Source: a virus. From it: DNA of 64,000 nucleotides. Shown piece by piece: positions 54,098-63,180 of the stretch; position 1 is the first letter of the stretch, and each line of letters begins with the position of its first letter. The notes under the pieces were generated by a model that was not told where the DNA came from, did no database searches, and saw nothing but the letters and a program-made list of their open reading frames with translations. The stretch is from the IMG/VR virus record IMGVR_UViG_3300036834_000211, positions 50,542-114,541 of that record. The stretch is one strand, 5' to 3'. The position numbers were made by a program, and so were the translations under genes.

Positions 54098-54620
54098 TCC
54101 GAGGCCTCTCATCGTCGGGATGAACAATCCGCTGTCGCTGGACCCCTGGTACGCCTTGTACCCGCTTCCCGAGGGGTGCGCCGGTCACCGGCTGTACTCG
54201 ATGCTTGCCGAGGTGCTTCCTACCGTTACAATGCGCGACTACGTCCGTCGCTTCGAGCGCGTTAATCTGGTCTCCGGTCCGTGGGACGCGACGGCCGCTC
54301 GATCCCGCGCTGAGGAGCTCAGGCCGTCTCTCGCTGGCCGCCACGTGATCCTGCTCGGCCAGGAGGTTGCCAAGGCGTTCGGCATCGACCCCCATTATTC
54401 TTGGGTGTGCGACGAGGAGGATGATGCGACCTTCTACTTGCTGCCTCACCCCAGCGGACGCAACCTGCTCTACAACGATCCGGGACGCCGCGCCCACGCT
54501 GGTAAGATCCTAGCGAATCTGTACGAGGGAAGAGATGGCCTCAGTTCTGCAGGACTGGACACACGACCTGTCGTGGAAGAAGCAGACGGTGATGCTCGGG
54601 GCGATAAGATCCCCGGATAG
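54090..54620 (+). CDS. Uracil-DNA-glycosylase-superfamily protein
   Basis: IVGMNNP, AGHRL, VILLG..VAKAFG, LPHPSGRN. Confidence 0.7.
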   Translation: MSDPRPLIVGMNNPLSLDPWYALYPLPEGCAGHRLYSMLAEVLPTVTMRDYVRRFERVNLVSGPWDATAARSRAEELRPSLAGRHVILLGQEVAKAFGIDPHYSWVCDEEDDATFYLLPHPSGRNLLYNDPGRRAHAGKILANLYEGRDGLSSAGLDTRPVVEEADGDARGDKIPG

Positions 54621-54963
54621 CCTGACTACCCTGAAGATAAAGGCCATCACGACCTGGATCAGGACTAAGGTCCTGAACAATGCCGACCCCATGACGGGGT
54701 TCATGCACAGCAACTTGACGACGCTCCCGCTGTTCGAGCACATCGATCGGGAGTACGAGAGGCTGCCCCTCCACACGGCTCACCACGTGATGCTGGCCAT
54801 GGAGGTGATCGGATTCGAGCACCCGGATAAGGACATCCGGGAGACCGCCTGGAAGTTCTACAGCGACAGCGTGGATGCCCAGCATCTCAATCCGGAGACT
54901 AGGGATCAGTACGAGTCTCGCTATCAGGACAACGTCGCGCGCCTCGAGACCGGAACATCTTGA
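54535..54963 (+). CDS. Conserved phage hypothetical protein
   Basis: SVLQDW...QTVMLGAIRSPD...LPLH...EVIGFEHPD...HLNPET. Confidence 0.7.
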   Translation: MASVLQDWTHDLSWKKQTVMLGAIRSPDSLTTLKIKAITTWIRTKVLNNADPMTGFMHSNLTTLPLFEHIDREYERLPLHTAHHVMLAMEVIGFEHPDKDIRETAWKFYSDSVDAQHLNPETRDQYESRYQDNVARLETGTS

Positions 54964-54979
54964 AGGGGAGTAGAAACAT

Positions 54980-57900
54980 ATGAAGTTCACTCGGGTGTTG
55001 ACTGCCGACCAGCCGTTCGACTTCGGCGTTACAGCGTGGATCAGGTGGAAGACCGTCGACACCGTGATCGCCGCTACCGACGGGAGTGTGATTTTCGAAC
55101 AGCGCGGTGTCGAGGTGCCCGAGCAGTGGTCGCAGAACGCGGCGAACATCCTAGCCCAGAAATACTTCCGCAAGGCTGGCGTGCCGGCAGACGGCGAGGC
55201 GATGGCCAGGCATCGGGAGAATGGGATGCCAGACTGGCTCTGGGCGTCCACTCCGCTTCGCGCGTCGGCTGCGATGACTGGTCCGGAGACCTCGGCGAGA
55301 CAGGTGTTCCACCGCATGGCCGGGTGCTGGACCTACTGGGGCTGGCGCGAGGGGATGATCACGGTCGAGGAGGACGCCCGCGTCTTCTACGACGAGGTCT
55401 ACGCTAGCCTGGCCTTTCAGTACGCGGCTCCCAACTCACCGCAGTGGTTCAACACCGGCTTGCACTGGGCCTACGGCATCGAGGGGCCGGACTCCGGTCA
55501 GTGGTACGTCGACGACGTTGACGCCCGTCTTGGTCACTTTCCCGTGCGCCGAATCCACAATAGCTACGAGCGTCCCCAGCCCCACGCCTGCTTCATCCAG
55601 ACCGTCGAGGACGACCTGGTCAACCCGGGAGGCATGATGGATCTGTGGACGAGAGAGGCGCGGCTGTTCAAGCACGGCTCCGGCACTGGGTCTAACTTCA
55701 GCAAGATCAGGGGGAAGGGTGAGCTGCTGTCGGGAGGTGGAGTCAGCAGCGGTCTGATGTCGTTCCTGCGCGTCGGCGACCGCTCAGCTGGCTCGATCAA
55801 GAGCGGTGGCACGACCCGACGCGCCGCCAAGATGGTCGTGCTCGATGCGGACCACCCCGAGATCGAGGACTTCATAGATTGGAAGGCTTCCGAGGAGTAC
55901 AAGGCCGCGTGCATCGCAGTCGGGAGTCGAGTCATTCACGATCGGCTGGTAGGCGTGCCGAGGTTACAAGCTCGGCGTGTTCCTAGATACGATGATGTAC
56001 TGGGTGATGAATTTGGTTGCATACCCCAGTCGCTGATCGAACGAGCGAGGGTTGGCGAGGATAACTGGCCCGTTTATGAGGCGAACTCGTTCGAGGGTGA
56101 GGCCATCGAGACCGTATCGGGTCAGAACTCTAACAACTCGGTGCGCGTTTCGAATGAGTTCCTCCGACGTGTCGATGCAGATGAGAGTCATTGGCTTACG
56201 GCTCGTACTACAGGAGACGTAGTAAGGAGTATTATGGCTCGCGACCTGTGGCTTCGACTGTGCCACGCCGCGTGGGCTAGCGGGGACCCGGGCGTCCAGT
56301 TCGATGATACGATCAACGAGTGGCATACGTGTCCCACCGACGGTCGCATCAATGCGAGCAACCCATGCGCGGAATATCTCTTCCTCGACGACACCGCGTG
56401 TAATCTAGCCTCCCTCCGCCTGACGAGGTTCCTGCCTCTCGATGACGACGCCCTGACAAAGTTCGAGCACGTCGTCCGCTTGTGGACCGTCGTGTTGGAG
56501 ATCTCGGTCCACATGGCGTCGTTCCCATCCGAGGCCATCGCCCGCAACTCCCACTTGTACCGCACATTGGGGCTCGGCTATGCCGACCTCGGTGGCCTGC
56601 TGATGCGGTTGGCCATTCCCTACGCCTCCGACGAGGGCCGCGCCCTGGCCGCGGGTCTGACCGCTCTGATGACGGGCGTCGCCTACCGGACCAGCGCAGA
56701 GATGGCTCAGGAGGTTGGTACATTCCCGCGGTGGGAGGCGAACGAGGAGTGCATGAGGCGGGTGCTGTGCAAGCACGCGAATGGTCTCCGATCCGACGGT
56801 ACTCAGAATATCCGGGATAGGTGCATGTCGGCCTGGGTTAGTGTGATTCATGCCCCGTCCTTCCGCAACGCCCAGGTGACCAACCTCGCACCGACCGGCA
56901 CCATCTCGTTCGTGATGGACTGCGACACCACCGGGGTCGAGCCGGACTTCGCGCTGGTCAAGGAGAAGAAGCTGGCTGGTGGCGGTTCTATGCGGATCGT
57001 CAACCAGGCGGTACCCGAGGCACTCGGCAGGCTTGGCTATACCGACGGGATAAGCAAAGTTATTGTGGATAATATCGAGAAGGGACTGGGTTGGGGTCCG
57101 CCGTTCGGTGTTTCTAAACCTCATATGTCGGTCTTCGCCTGCGCCGGCGACATCAGCGCGGATGACCACGTCAGGATGGTCGCCACGGTGCAGCCCTTCC
57201 TATCCGGCGCGGCGAGTAAGACGGTCAACCTGCCCCGCGACGCGACCATCGACGATGTAGATCGGGTGTTCCGCCTCGCCGCGAGCCTGGGCGTCAAGAC
57301 GATCTCGATCTACCGGGACGGCAGCAAGCTGTCCCAGCCGCTCAGTGCTGGCAATGTATTGCAAGCGATTCGACCGGAATTAGACGTACTTGCGGATTTG
57401 GATCCGGATGAATTCGAAGAAGAGCGTGAGGAGAAACAGGCGGGGGCAAGACCGGACCCGCCTGGGGGCAGGATTGCCGGTCCCTCCCCCGAGCGTGTGG
57501 CCCCGAGCGACGGAGTGTCGGGGCACTCCCTGCACCGCGGCGCCCGCGAGTACCTCCCGTGGAGACGCGAGCACGGCTGGACCCAGAAGATCAAGATAGG
57601 ACAGGACAGGCAGAGCGTGTTCCTGCGCGTATCCGAGTATCCCGACGGCCGTCCCGGCGAGGTATTCCTGGAGATAGCGGGCGAGGGAAGTACGCTCCGC
57701 GCCCTGGCCAACTGCCTCGCCATCTCGATATCGGTGGGGCTCCAGCGCGGCGTCCCAGTGTCCGAGTATGTGGACCAGCTCGTCGGGCTCAAGTTCGAAC
57801 CGGCCGGCTACGTCGAGGGCCATGATCGCATCAGGTTCGCCAGCTCGATCGCCGACTACATCGGGCGCGAACTGGGGATATCCTATCTGGCCCGCGACGA

Positions 57901-58138
57901 TCTGGCCAACGCACCAGCTTCGATCGAGGAGTCCATCGAGCGCATAGCTGAGGCGTCCGAGATGGCGGACCGGGAGTGGCAGGCAGTTCGTCCCGATGAT
58001 CTACTGGTGGCCTATTCCGAGGCTAAGGTCTGGCAACCGACCGGGGATCCGTGCCCTCGGTGCGGCTCGCTACTGCGACGGAGCGGGACCTGCCGCTCGT
58101 GCTCGAACTGCTCGTACGACGAGGGGTGCAGTGGCTAG
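54980..58138 (+). CDS. nrdJ: Class II (B12-dependent) ribonucleotide reductase
   Basis: PNSPQWFNTG, QPHACFI, SGGTTRRAAKM, NPCAE, APTGTI, SKTVN, YRDGSK, C-terminal Zn ribbon. Confidence 0.95.
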   Translation: MKFTRVLTADQPFDFGVTAWIRWKTVDTVIAATDGSVIFEQRGVEVPEQWSQNAANILAQKYFRKAGVPADGEAMARHRENGMPDWLWASTPLRASAAMTGPETSARQVFHRMAGCWTYWGWREGMITVEEDARVFYDEVYASLAFQYAAPNSPQWFNTGLHWAYGIEGPDSGQWYVDDVDARLGHFPVRRIHNSYERPQPHACFIQTVEDDLVNPGGMMDLWTREARLFKHGSGTGSNFSKIRGKGELLSGGGVSSGLMSFLRVGDRSAGSIKSGGTTRRAAKMVVLDADHPEIEDFIDWKASEEYKAACIAVGSRVIHDRLVGVPRLQARRVPRYDDVLGDEFGCIPQSLIERARVGEDNWPVYEANSFEGEAIETVSGQNSNNSVRVSNEFLRRVDADESHWLTARTTGDVVRSIMARDLWLRLCHAAWASGDPGVQFDDTINEWHTCPTDGRINASNPCAEYLFLDDTACNLASLRLTRFLPLDDDALTKFEHVVRLWTVVLEISVHMASFPSEAIARNSHLYRTLGLGYADLGGLLMRLAIPYASDEGRALAAGLTALMTGVAYRTSAEMAQEVGTFPRWEANEECMRRVLCKHANGLRSDGTQNIRDRCMSAWVSVIHAPSFRNAQVTNLAPTGTISFVMDCDTTGVEPDFALVKEKKLAGGGSMRIVNQAVPEALGRLGYTDGISKVIVDNIEKGLGWGPPFGVSKPHMSVFACAGDISADDHVRMVATVQPFLSGAASKTVNLPRDATIDDVDRVFRLAASLGVKTISIYRDGSKLSQPLSAGNVLQAIRPELDVLADLDPDEFEEEREEKQAGARPDPPGGRIAGPSPERVAPSDGVSGHSLHRGAREYLPWRREHGWTQKIKIGQDRQSVFLRVSEYPDGRPGEVFLEIAGEGSTLRALANCLAISISVGLQRGVPVSEYVDQLVGLKFEPAGYVEGHDRIRFASSIADYIGRELGISYLARDDLANAPASIEESIERIAEASEMADREWQAVRPDDLLVAYSEAKVWQPTGDPCPRCGSLLRRSGTCRSCSNCSYDEGCSG

Positions 58139-58141
58139 ATG

Positions 58142-58232
58142 GAAATCGTCTACAAGGCTCGTCCAGCCCGATGAGAGCAGGGGCCGCCATATGGGTAGCT
58201 CCCAAGCCTTTTGTCAAGCTGGATGGCACGCA
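58142..58232 (-). repeat. Dispersed structured repeat, copy 5 (inverted)
   Basis: GAAATCGTCTACAAGGCTCGTCCAGCCCGA...TCAAGCTGGATGGCACGC; same 72-nt spacing of conserved ends as copies 1 and 3. Confidence 0.8.
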
Positions 58233-58266
58233 TCTTCCAGCGCTGGGCTGATTGAGGGGGTCTAGT

Positions 58267-58617
58267 ATGTCCCACCGAGTGGGTCGCATGTCTCGCGGGA
58301 AGAATTGGGGCCCGACTCGCTTGATCTCGCCCCCACCGCTGGACCCCAAGATCGCTCGCCTGCGCGCGGCACGATTGGCTCGCGACGCCGACCGACCGAA
58401 GGTCTACCTAAACGAGCACCACCGCGTGTTCGGTCTGGAGGATGAGATCCCGTTCGGCAAGCACAAGGGGATGAAGATCGCTGACATCCTCGACGTCGAG
58501 TACAGTTACGTGACTTGGTTGTTGGAGAACACCGACTTTGAGATGAGCCCCGATGCCGAGGCCGAGTATCAGTCCCGGCTGGATCCGAGGAGGCCGGGAG
58601 GCGTGTGGGTCGATTAG
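58267..58617 (+). CDS. DUF3820/ExoX-C-terminal-like domain protein
   Basis: IPFGKHKGMKIADI...YVTWLLEN. Confidence 0.75.
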   Translation: MSHRVGRMSRGKNWGPTRLISPPPLDPKIARLRAARLARDADRPKVYLNEHHRVFGLEDEIPFGKHKGMKIADILDVEYSYVTWLLENTDFEMSPDAEAEYQSRLDPRRPGGVWVD

Positions 58618-58762
58618 AGTTTTCGTCCTCTAGTACCTCGGAGGACGTTATCGAGTGGGAATCAGTTAGCGCCTAGTGCCTTCAGTGTCAATTCCACCGT
58701 AACTGCCAGTCCCAAGGCTATGAAGACGTACAGCGCGGTGATGAAGACTTCGCGCAGTTGGT

Positions 58763-58945
58763 TCATTCCGTCTCCTCTTCCTCATCTGAAAGATGATGTT
58801 CGTCATAGTGCATGTAGTTCCAGTGCCTCGCGACGTCTTGCTTCTTGGTCTTCCACTTCCTGTACGGAGTGATGTAGTTGCAGTCGCGGCAGCCGTGCTT
58901 TCCGTCCCCCTTGTAGACGATCAGATGTGCGGGCGAGTTGTTCAT
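58763..58945 (-). CDS. Small Zn-finger-like protein
   Basis: CRDC...HW..MH; TAATG-coupled to the helicase stop. Confidence 0.5.
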   Translation of the reverse strand: MNNSPAHLIVYKGDGKHGCRDCNYITPYRKWKTKKQDVARHWNYMHYDEHHLSDEEEETE

Positions 58946-60759
58946 TAGAATGGTACCTCGTCCTCGACTAGATCGTTGATCTGCTCGACGACCTCCTTCC
59001 TCCTCTCCTCCAGCGCCCGAAGCGCCTCCGACGTCGCGTCGATCGCTGCTAGTAGCGGATCGGGTTGTGGTGCCTCGATCGTCGGCGTCCTCGCGTCCAT
59101 TGCCGTCGTGATCGTCTCCTGCTTGTCGATGGTCATGTTGGCCATCCAGGAGTCTACGCTGTTGACGAACACCAAGTGCTGGACTAGGACACTGCCGACC
59201 TGACCAATCCGGTGGAGTCGGTCCTCGCACTGGCTCATGTTGCCCGGGACCAGGTCCTCCTCGGCGAAGATCGCGAGCTGTGATGCCGTCAGTGTCAATC
59301 CCACACCCGCCGCTCGGATCGACCCGATGAATAGACGGCAGAACGGGTCGTGCTGGAACCGGTCGACCTCGTCCGTCCTCGCCGCCGCCGGGGTCTCGCC
59401 GGTGACCACGGCTGCGGTCGGGAACGCTTCGCGCAGCGCGTGGGCCACGTCGTGATGATAGATGAAGACGACCACCTTGTCGACGTTTTCTAGGCACTCC
59501 GTCACGTGGCTGATGACGTGCGGTATCTTGGCAACGGCGGTGGCGTGCCTGAGGGCTGCTATCTCCGCGAAGCCCACCTTCAGGTGTCCGTGCAGCTCGC
59601 GCATCGCCGCGACGTAGGCCTCTCGGTCGCCGACCCTCTTCGCCTCCTTGGCGGCCTCCTCGGCCCGATCGATCATCTGCTTGTGACGCTGGAAGGCGGA
59701 CCACTCGCGCTGGACTGTGCTCGAGGCCCCGTTGGTCGGAATGACGATGATCTGGCGTTGCTTGGGCGGCAGCTCGGTCAGGACGTCGGCCTTCAGGCGC
59801 CGGATCATGAACTTGGAGCGCAACTTGGTCTGCAGCTCCTCCAGGTTGGAGGCACCCGAGAAGTCCCAGCCGTAGCCGTTGTGCGTCGCGCCGCAGTAGC
59901 GCATGGCGAATTTGAAGAACGACTTCCCCAGATCGCCCGGGTCGACCTCGTGAACCAGCGTCCACAGTTCCTTTGGTCGGTTGACGATCGGAGTGCCGGT
60001 CATGTACACTCGGCGCCGTGCCTTGACGGGGGTCTCCATCGGTGGGCGGATGCCCCGCTCCACCTCAGCCTTGGTTGGCTTGCGCCGGCCGCCGTATAGT
60101 GCCCGGACGCGCCGGACCACCGCCGGCTCACCCTTGGCGAGGTGGCACTCGTCGACCGCTAGCAGGTCCCAATTGACTTGATCGATCGCCTCGCGATGTC
60201 GGTGGAGGATGTCGTAGTTGATGATGACGATGTCATCATCTGGGAACTGGTCGCCCTCGACGATACCGATCGTCATCGGGACGACGAGCCACTTCGTCAG
60301 CTCGCGTGCCCAGTTGATCTTGAGCGATGCGGGGCAGATGACCAGAACGCGACGGATCGTCCGATCGGCGTTGATTAATCCGCCGACCTCTATTGTTTTT
60401 CCTAATCCCATCTCGTCTCCGAGCAAGGCGTCGTTGTGATCGACGATCCACTCGATCCCGGCGAGCTGGAATGGTTTGTACGCAAGCCCCTCGGGCGCCG
60501 GCACCCGGATGGCTGCGCTCGTCGCCCTGCTGGCTTCGATGCTCGCGTTGACCCTCGCCACCTGCTCCTGAGCCTGCTGCATGGCGCTGGGGTCCAGCCG
60601 AGCGGCGGCGACTGGATCCCGCGTGTACCACAGTTTCTCGGTTGGTGAGAAGAACCAGCCGGCCTTCTTCACGACCTCCTTGGTCTCGTGGGACCACTTG
60701 AATCGAGCGAGCCAGCGCTCGCCCTCCTTGGTTATCGCGATGTGGTTGATCTGGCTCAT
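58945..60759 (-). CDS. SNF2-family helicase (SMARCAL1/HARP-like)
   Basis: DEMGLGKT, CPASLKINW, DECH, TGTP, RRLK, GLTLT, EDRLHRIGQ. Confidence 0.92.
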   Translation of the reverse strand: MSQINHIAITKEGERWLARFKWSHETKEVVKKAGWFFSPTEKLWYTRDPVAAARLDPSAMQQAQEQVARVNASIEASRATSAAIRVPAPEGLAYKPFQLAGIEWIVDHNDALLGDEMGLGKTIEVGGLINADRTIRRVLVICPASLKINWARELTKWLVVPMTIGIVEGDQFPDDDIVIINYDILHRHREAIDQVNWDLLAVDECHLAKGEPAVVRRVRALYGGRRKPTKAEVERGIRPPMETPVKARRRVYMTGTPIVNRPKELWTLVHEVDPGDLGKSFFKFAMRYCGATHNGYGWDFSGASNLEELQTKLRSKFMIRRLKADVLTELPPKQRQIIVIPTNGASSTVQREWSAFQRHKQMIDRAEEAAKEAKRVGDREAYVAAMRELHGHLKVGFAEIAALRHATAVAKIPHVISHVTECLENVDKVVVFIYHHDVAHALREAFPTAAVVTGETPAAARTDEVDRFQHDPFCRLFIGSIRAAGVGLTLTASQLAIFAEEDLVPGNMSQCEDRLHRIGQVGSVLVQHLVFVNSVDSWMANMTIDKQETITTAMDARTPTIEAPQPDPLLAAIDATSEALRALEERRKEVVEQINDLVEDEVPF

Positions 60760-60771
60760 GGTCCTCTCCCT

Positions 60772-60921
60772 CTAGGCGAATTTTTGAGCAAAGGTACGTG
60801 CGTCGTCTAACGATCGGAAATACCAGAAGCTCGCACGATATTGGACTGCATATGGTCGTCGGTTGCGCCTGGTTGCGCCGATGAAGATTTTGGTGGGGCC
60901 GATGCTGTCAATTTGGATCAT
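60772..60921 (-). CDS. Small hypothetical protein (49 aa)
   Basis: Hand-translated MIQIDSIGPTK...; AGGAGG RBS; promoter TTGCGA-17-CATATT upstream. Confidence 0.5.
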   Translation of the reverse strand: MIQIDSIGPTKIFIGATRRNRRPYAVQYRASFWYFRSLDDARTFAQKFA

Positions 60922-60983
60922 TGGAACCTCCTGTTATCTCGCTTTACAATATGCGCTTCTGAGCAGGCGTTCGCAAGCCCTTT

Positions 60984-60999
60984 TTGCAGAAAATCGCAA
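60984..60999. promoter_or_regulatory. TTGC-N8-GCAA operator
   Basis: TTGCAGAAAATCGCAA just upstream of a leftward promoter. Confidence 0.6.
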
Positions 61000-61075
61000 A
61001 AATCTACTTAGCTGACTGCCCAGCAGAGGATCGCCGCGAGCAGGATTGCCCACGGCGCGAGCGCGCCGAGCCAGG

Positions 61076-61546
61076 TCACGGCACCCTCCGCAGTTCGAGA
61101 CCTACATTGTCGAGGACCTCGACGACCTCGCGGAGCGAGCGCCGGCCGAAGTGCCTCAGTGAGAGCAGCTCCTCCCTCGACTTGGACGCGAGGTCTCCAA
61201 TCGTGGTGATGCCGGCAATGCGCAGGCAGTTGATGGATCGTACCGACAGCTCTAGATCGTCGATGCTCCGGTCTGATACCCTGGCGATCCGTATTGCTTC
61301 GGTACCGCCGAACAGGGCCTCCTCCATCGAGGTGAGGTTCCCGAGTTCCCTGATTAGCTCACCGCGCCGCCGCAGGATCTCCGGGTAGGCCTGTCCCTGG
61401 TAGATCTTGCGCTCCCGCTCGGGGTCCACCTTCCGATCGGTGAAGATGCCGGCCGTAGATATGCGATCGGTGTAGCCTGCTGCCTTGGGGCGGAACCACG
61501 CCTGGTGGTAGTTGGACCAGATGAGGTATGGTAGGTCGGCCATCAC
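61076..61546 (-). CDS. Protein with RNA polymerase alpha C-terminal domain
   Basis: SIDDLELSVRSINCLRIAGITTIGDL..KSREELLSLRHFGRRSLREV..VL...GLEL follows the RpoA CTD consensus. Confidence 0.85.
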   Translation of the reverse strand: MMADLPYLIWSNYHQAWFRPKAAGYTDRISTAGIFTDRKVDPERERKIYQGQAYPEILRRRGELIRELGNLTSMEEALFGGTEAIRIARVSDRSIDDLELSVRSINCLRIAGITTIGDLASKSREELLSLRHFGRRSLREVVEVLDNVGLELRRVP

Positions 61547-61782
61547 TCGTGCTCCTCGTATGGATGTAGAACCTTGTCGATGAAATCGCCGAGCGTCAGC
61601 TCCACGCGCACGTCGGCGACTACGACTCCGGTGACTAGGACGTGCTCGTTCTCGCCGAGGTTCTTCCTGGCGAGGCGGAGGGTCTTCAGGAGTCGCAGTG
61701 CGTCCTCTGCGTTCAGGTCACCATTGAAGTTCATTTGGATTCTCCTGTCCCAGTGTGTCCCTACCTTGTCGGACATTTTCAT
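61543..61782 (-). CDS. Hypothetical protein
   Basis: ATGA-coupled on both sides. Confidence 0.55.
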   Translation of the reverse strand: MKMSDKVGTHWDRRIQMNFNGDLNAEDALRLLKTLRLARKNLGENEHVLVTGVVVADVRVELTLGDFIDKVLHPYEEHE

Positions 61783-62207
61783 ATTCCCATCTTGCCGATG
61801 CACTCGGGGCCGAAGCCCCGGTCGATCGACTCGTCGACGGTCAGCTTGCGACCGCACCGCCCGCAGGTGCCGGCGTGCCTGACCTCGACCTCGGGGGGCA
61901 TTCGCCCCGCGTCGACGTGCTGCCAGAAGTAGCGGAACGCCCGGACCGGCACCGAGTCTTCCTTGTAGCGGGACTTGCCGGTGAGTTTGAACGTCCCGTT
62001 GATCACTCCCACGTAGCTGTAGTCCGATTCGTTGTCCGGGCCGGTCAGGAGCCCGACGAACCACAGATCCTTGTACTGCTCTCGCGGTCCGTCCTTGGCT
62101 CGGCTGACCTTGTAGGTGTACCGCGCGCCGGTGCGCTGGCTCGTGAGTGTCAGGGTCGCGTGCCCGGCCAGAGTGTAGGTCTTGACGTCTGCTGCGTTGT
62201 CGAACAT
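61779..62207 (-). CDS. DUF6011-like Zn-finger protein
   Basis: CGRCGRKLTVDESIDRGFGPEC; LLTGPDNESDY. Confidence 0.8.
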   Translation of the reverse strand: MFDNAADVKTYTLAGHATLTLTSQRTGARYTYKVSRAKDGPREQYKDLWFVGLLTGPDNESDYSYVGVINGTFKLTGKSRYKEDSVPVRAFRYFWQHVDAGRMPPEVEVRHAGTCGRCGRKLTVDESIDRGFGPECIGKMGI

Positions 62208-62220
62208 CTCAAACCCCCTT

Positions 62221-62493
62221 TTATAGCGTCACGTCGGTGCGGCGGATGCAACTCGGATGCTTCTTCGAGTAAACCCGCTTGAGTGTGAATCCGAGGGCTT
62301 CGAAGCAGGATTCGGCGTCGACCATCATGGTCGGAAAGCGCAGCCTCGTGTCCATCCTGATGCAGCTTACTAGGTATGAGACAGACTGGCTCCCGTCCGG
62401 GCACTTTGCCAGGTGCTCCAGGATGTAGGTTTGAAGGGTCTCGACCTGCTTTGGGCTGAATCGGATCGTCGAGTTCCAGAGATCTATGTCCAT
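62221..62493 (-). CDS. Hypothetical early protein
   Basis: 90 aa; GAGGAAG RBS; downstream of the promoter/operator at 62530. Confidence 0.6.
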   Translation of the reverse strand: MDIDLWNSTIRFSPKQVETLQTYILEHLAKCPDGSQSVSYLVSCIRMDTRLRFPTMMVDAESCFEALGFTLKRVYSKKHPSCIRRTDVTL

Positions 62494-62521
62494 TTCATCT
62501 TCCTCTTCAACGCTACGAATT

Positions 62522-62547
62522 TAGCAGGTTTGCAGAAAACTGCAAGC
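62522..62547 (-). promoter_or_regulatory. Leftward promoter/operator; 26-bp inverted copy of 19602-19627
   Basis: TAGCAGGTTTGCAGAAAACTGCAAGC; contains TTGC-N8-GCAA at 62530-62545. Confidence 0.7.
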
Positions 62548-62674
62548 GAAAAATGCATCAACCTGGAAAAAAAAAATGCCTCTTGCAGGAGTGGAGCCTC
62601 TGCTTTATACTGCCCGGTAGCGTTCTGCGGGGATCCCAGGGTTTTGAGCCACATGGGAAAGCGGTAGCTACCAG

Positions 62675-63166
62675 ATGGGTTGGTCGGTCGTATTGACTTA
62701 TGGTACCTGCGAGCGCAAGGCCGTTGAGAACCTCAAACGTCAAGATTACGAATCTTTCTGTCCGCTCTTCGAGCGTCCCAGTAAGTCCAATCTGACGCAG
62801 ACGGTTGAGACCCCACTGTTCCCGTGCTACATATTCGTGAGTATCGAACCGGAACAGCCGTGGCATAGTATTAACAGCACGCCCGGTGTCGTTCGATTGC
62901 TGACCGATCGGAATCGATTAAATCCGAAGCCACTCTTCGTACGCGACGAGAAGGTCGATGAGATCCTAGCCTGGTCCAGGACCGCCGAGGATCCGCTCCC
63001 CGCCGGCACCTTGGTGCGAGTGCGCGGTCGGACTAATCCATTCTACGACATGACTGGCACTGTCGTGGGAATGGACAAGCTGATGCGCGTCTCGGTGTTG
63101 ATGAGCGTGTTCAATCGCGACGTGATAGTCGAGTTTGTGCATCCCGCCGAGCTCGAGAAGCTGTAG
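62675..63166 (+). CDS. NusG/RfaH-family transcription antiterminator
   Basis: W.VV.T...E..A...L..Q, PLFPCYIFV, INSTPGVVRLL NGN domain; KOW-like C-terminus. Confidence 0.9.
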   Translation: MGWSVVLTYGTCERKAVENLKRQDYESFCPLFERPSKSNLTQTVETPLFPCYIFVSIEPEQPWHSINSTPGVVRLLTDRNRLNPKPLFVRDEKVDEILAWSRTAEDPLPAGTLVRVRGRTNPFYDMTGTVVGMDKLMRVSVLMSVFNRDVIVEFVHPAELEKL

Positions 63167-63180
63167 GACTTCCTACCCAA

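Noticed and set aside
54980-58138. Intein or intron in nrdJ (also considered for helicase and recA)
   Set aside because: ORFs are continuous and no intein C/S...HN-C or LAGLIDADG motifs were seen.
9009-58232. Dispersed repeat as a CRISPR array or IS end
   Set aside because: Copies are kilobases apart, with no spacers in tandem and no cas or transposase gene.
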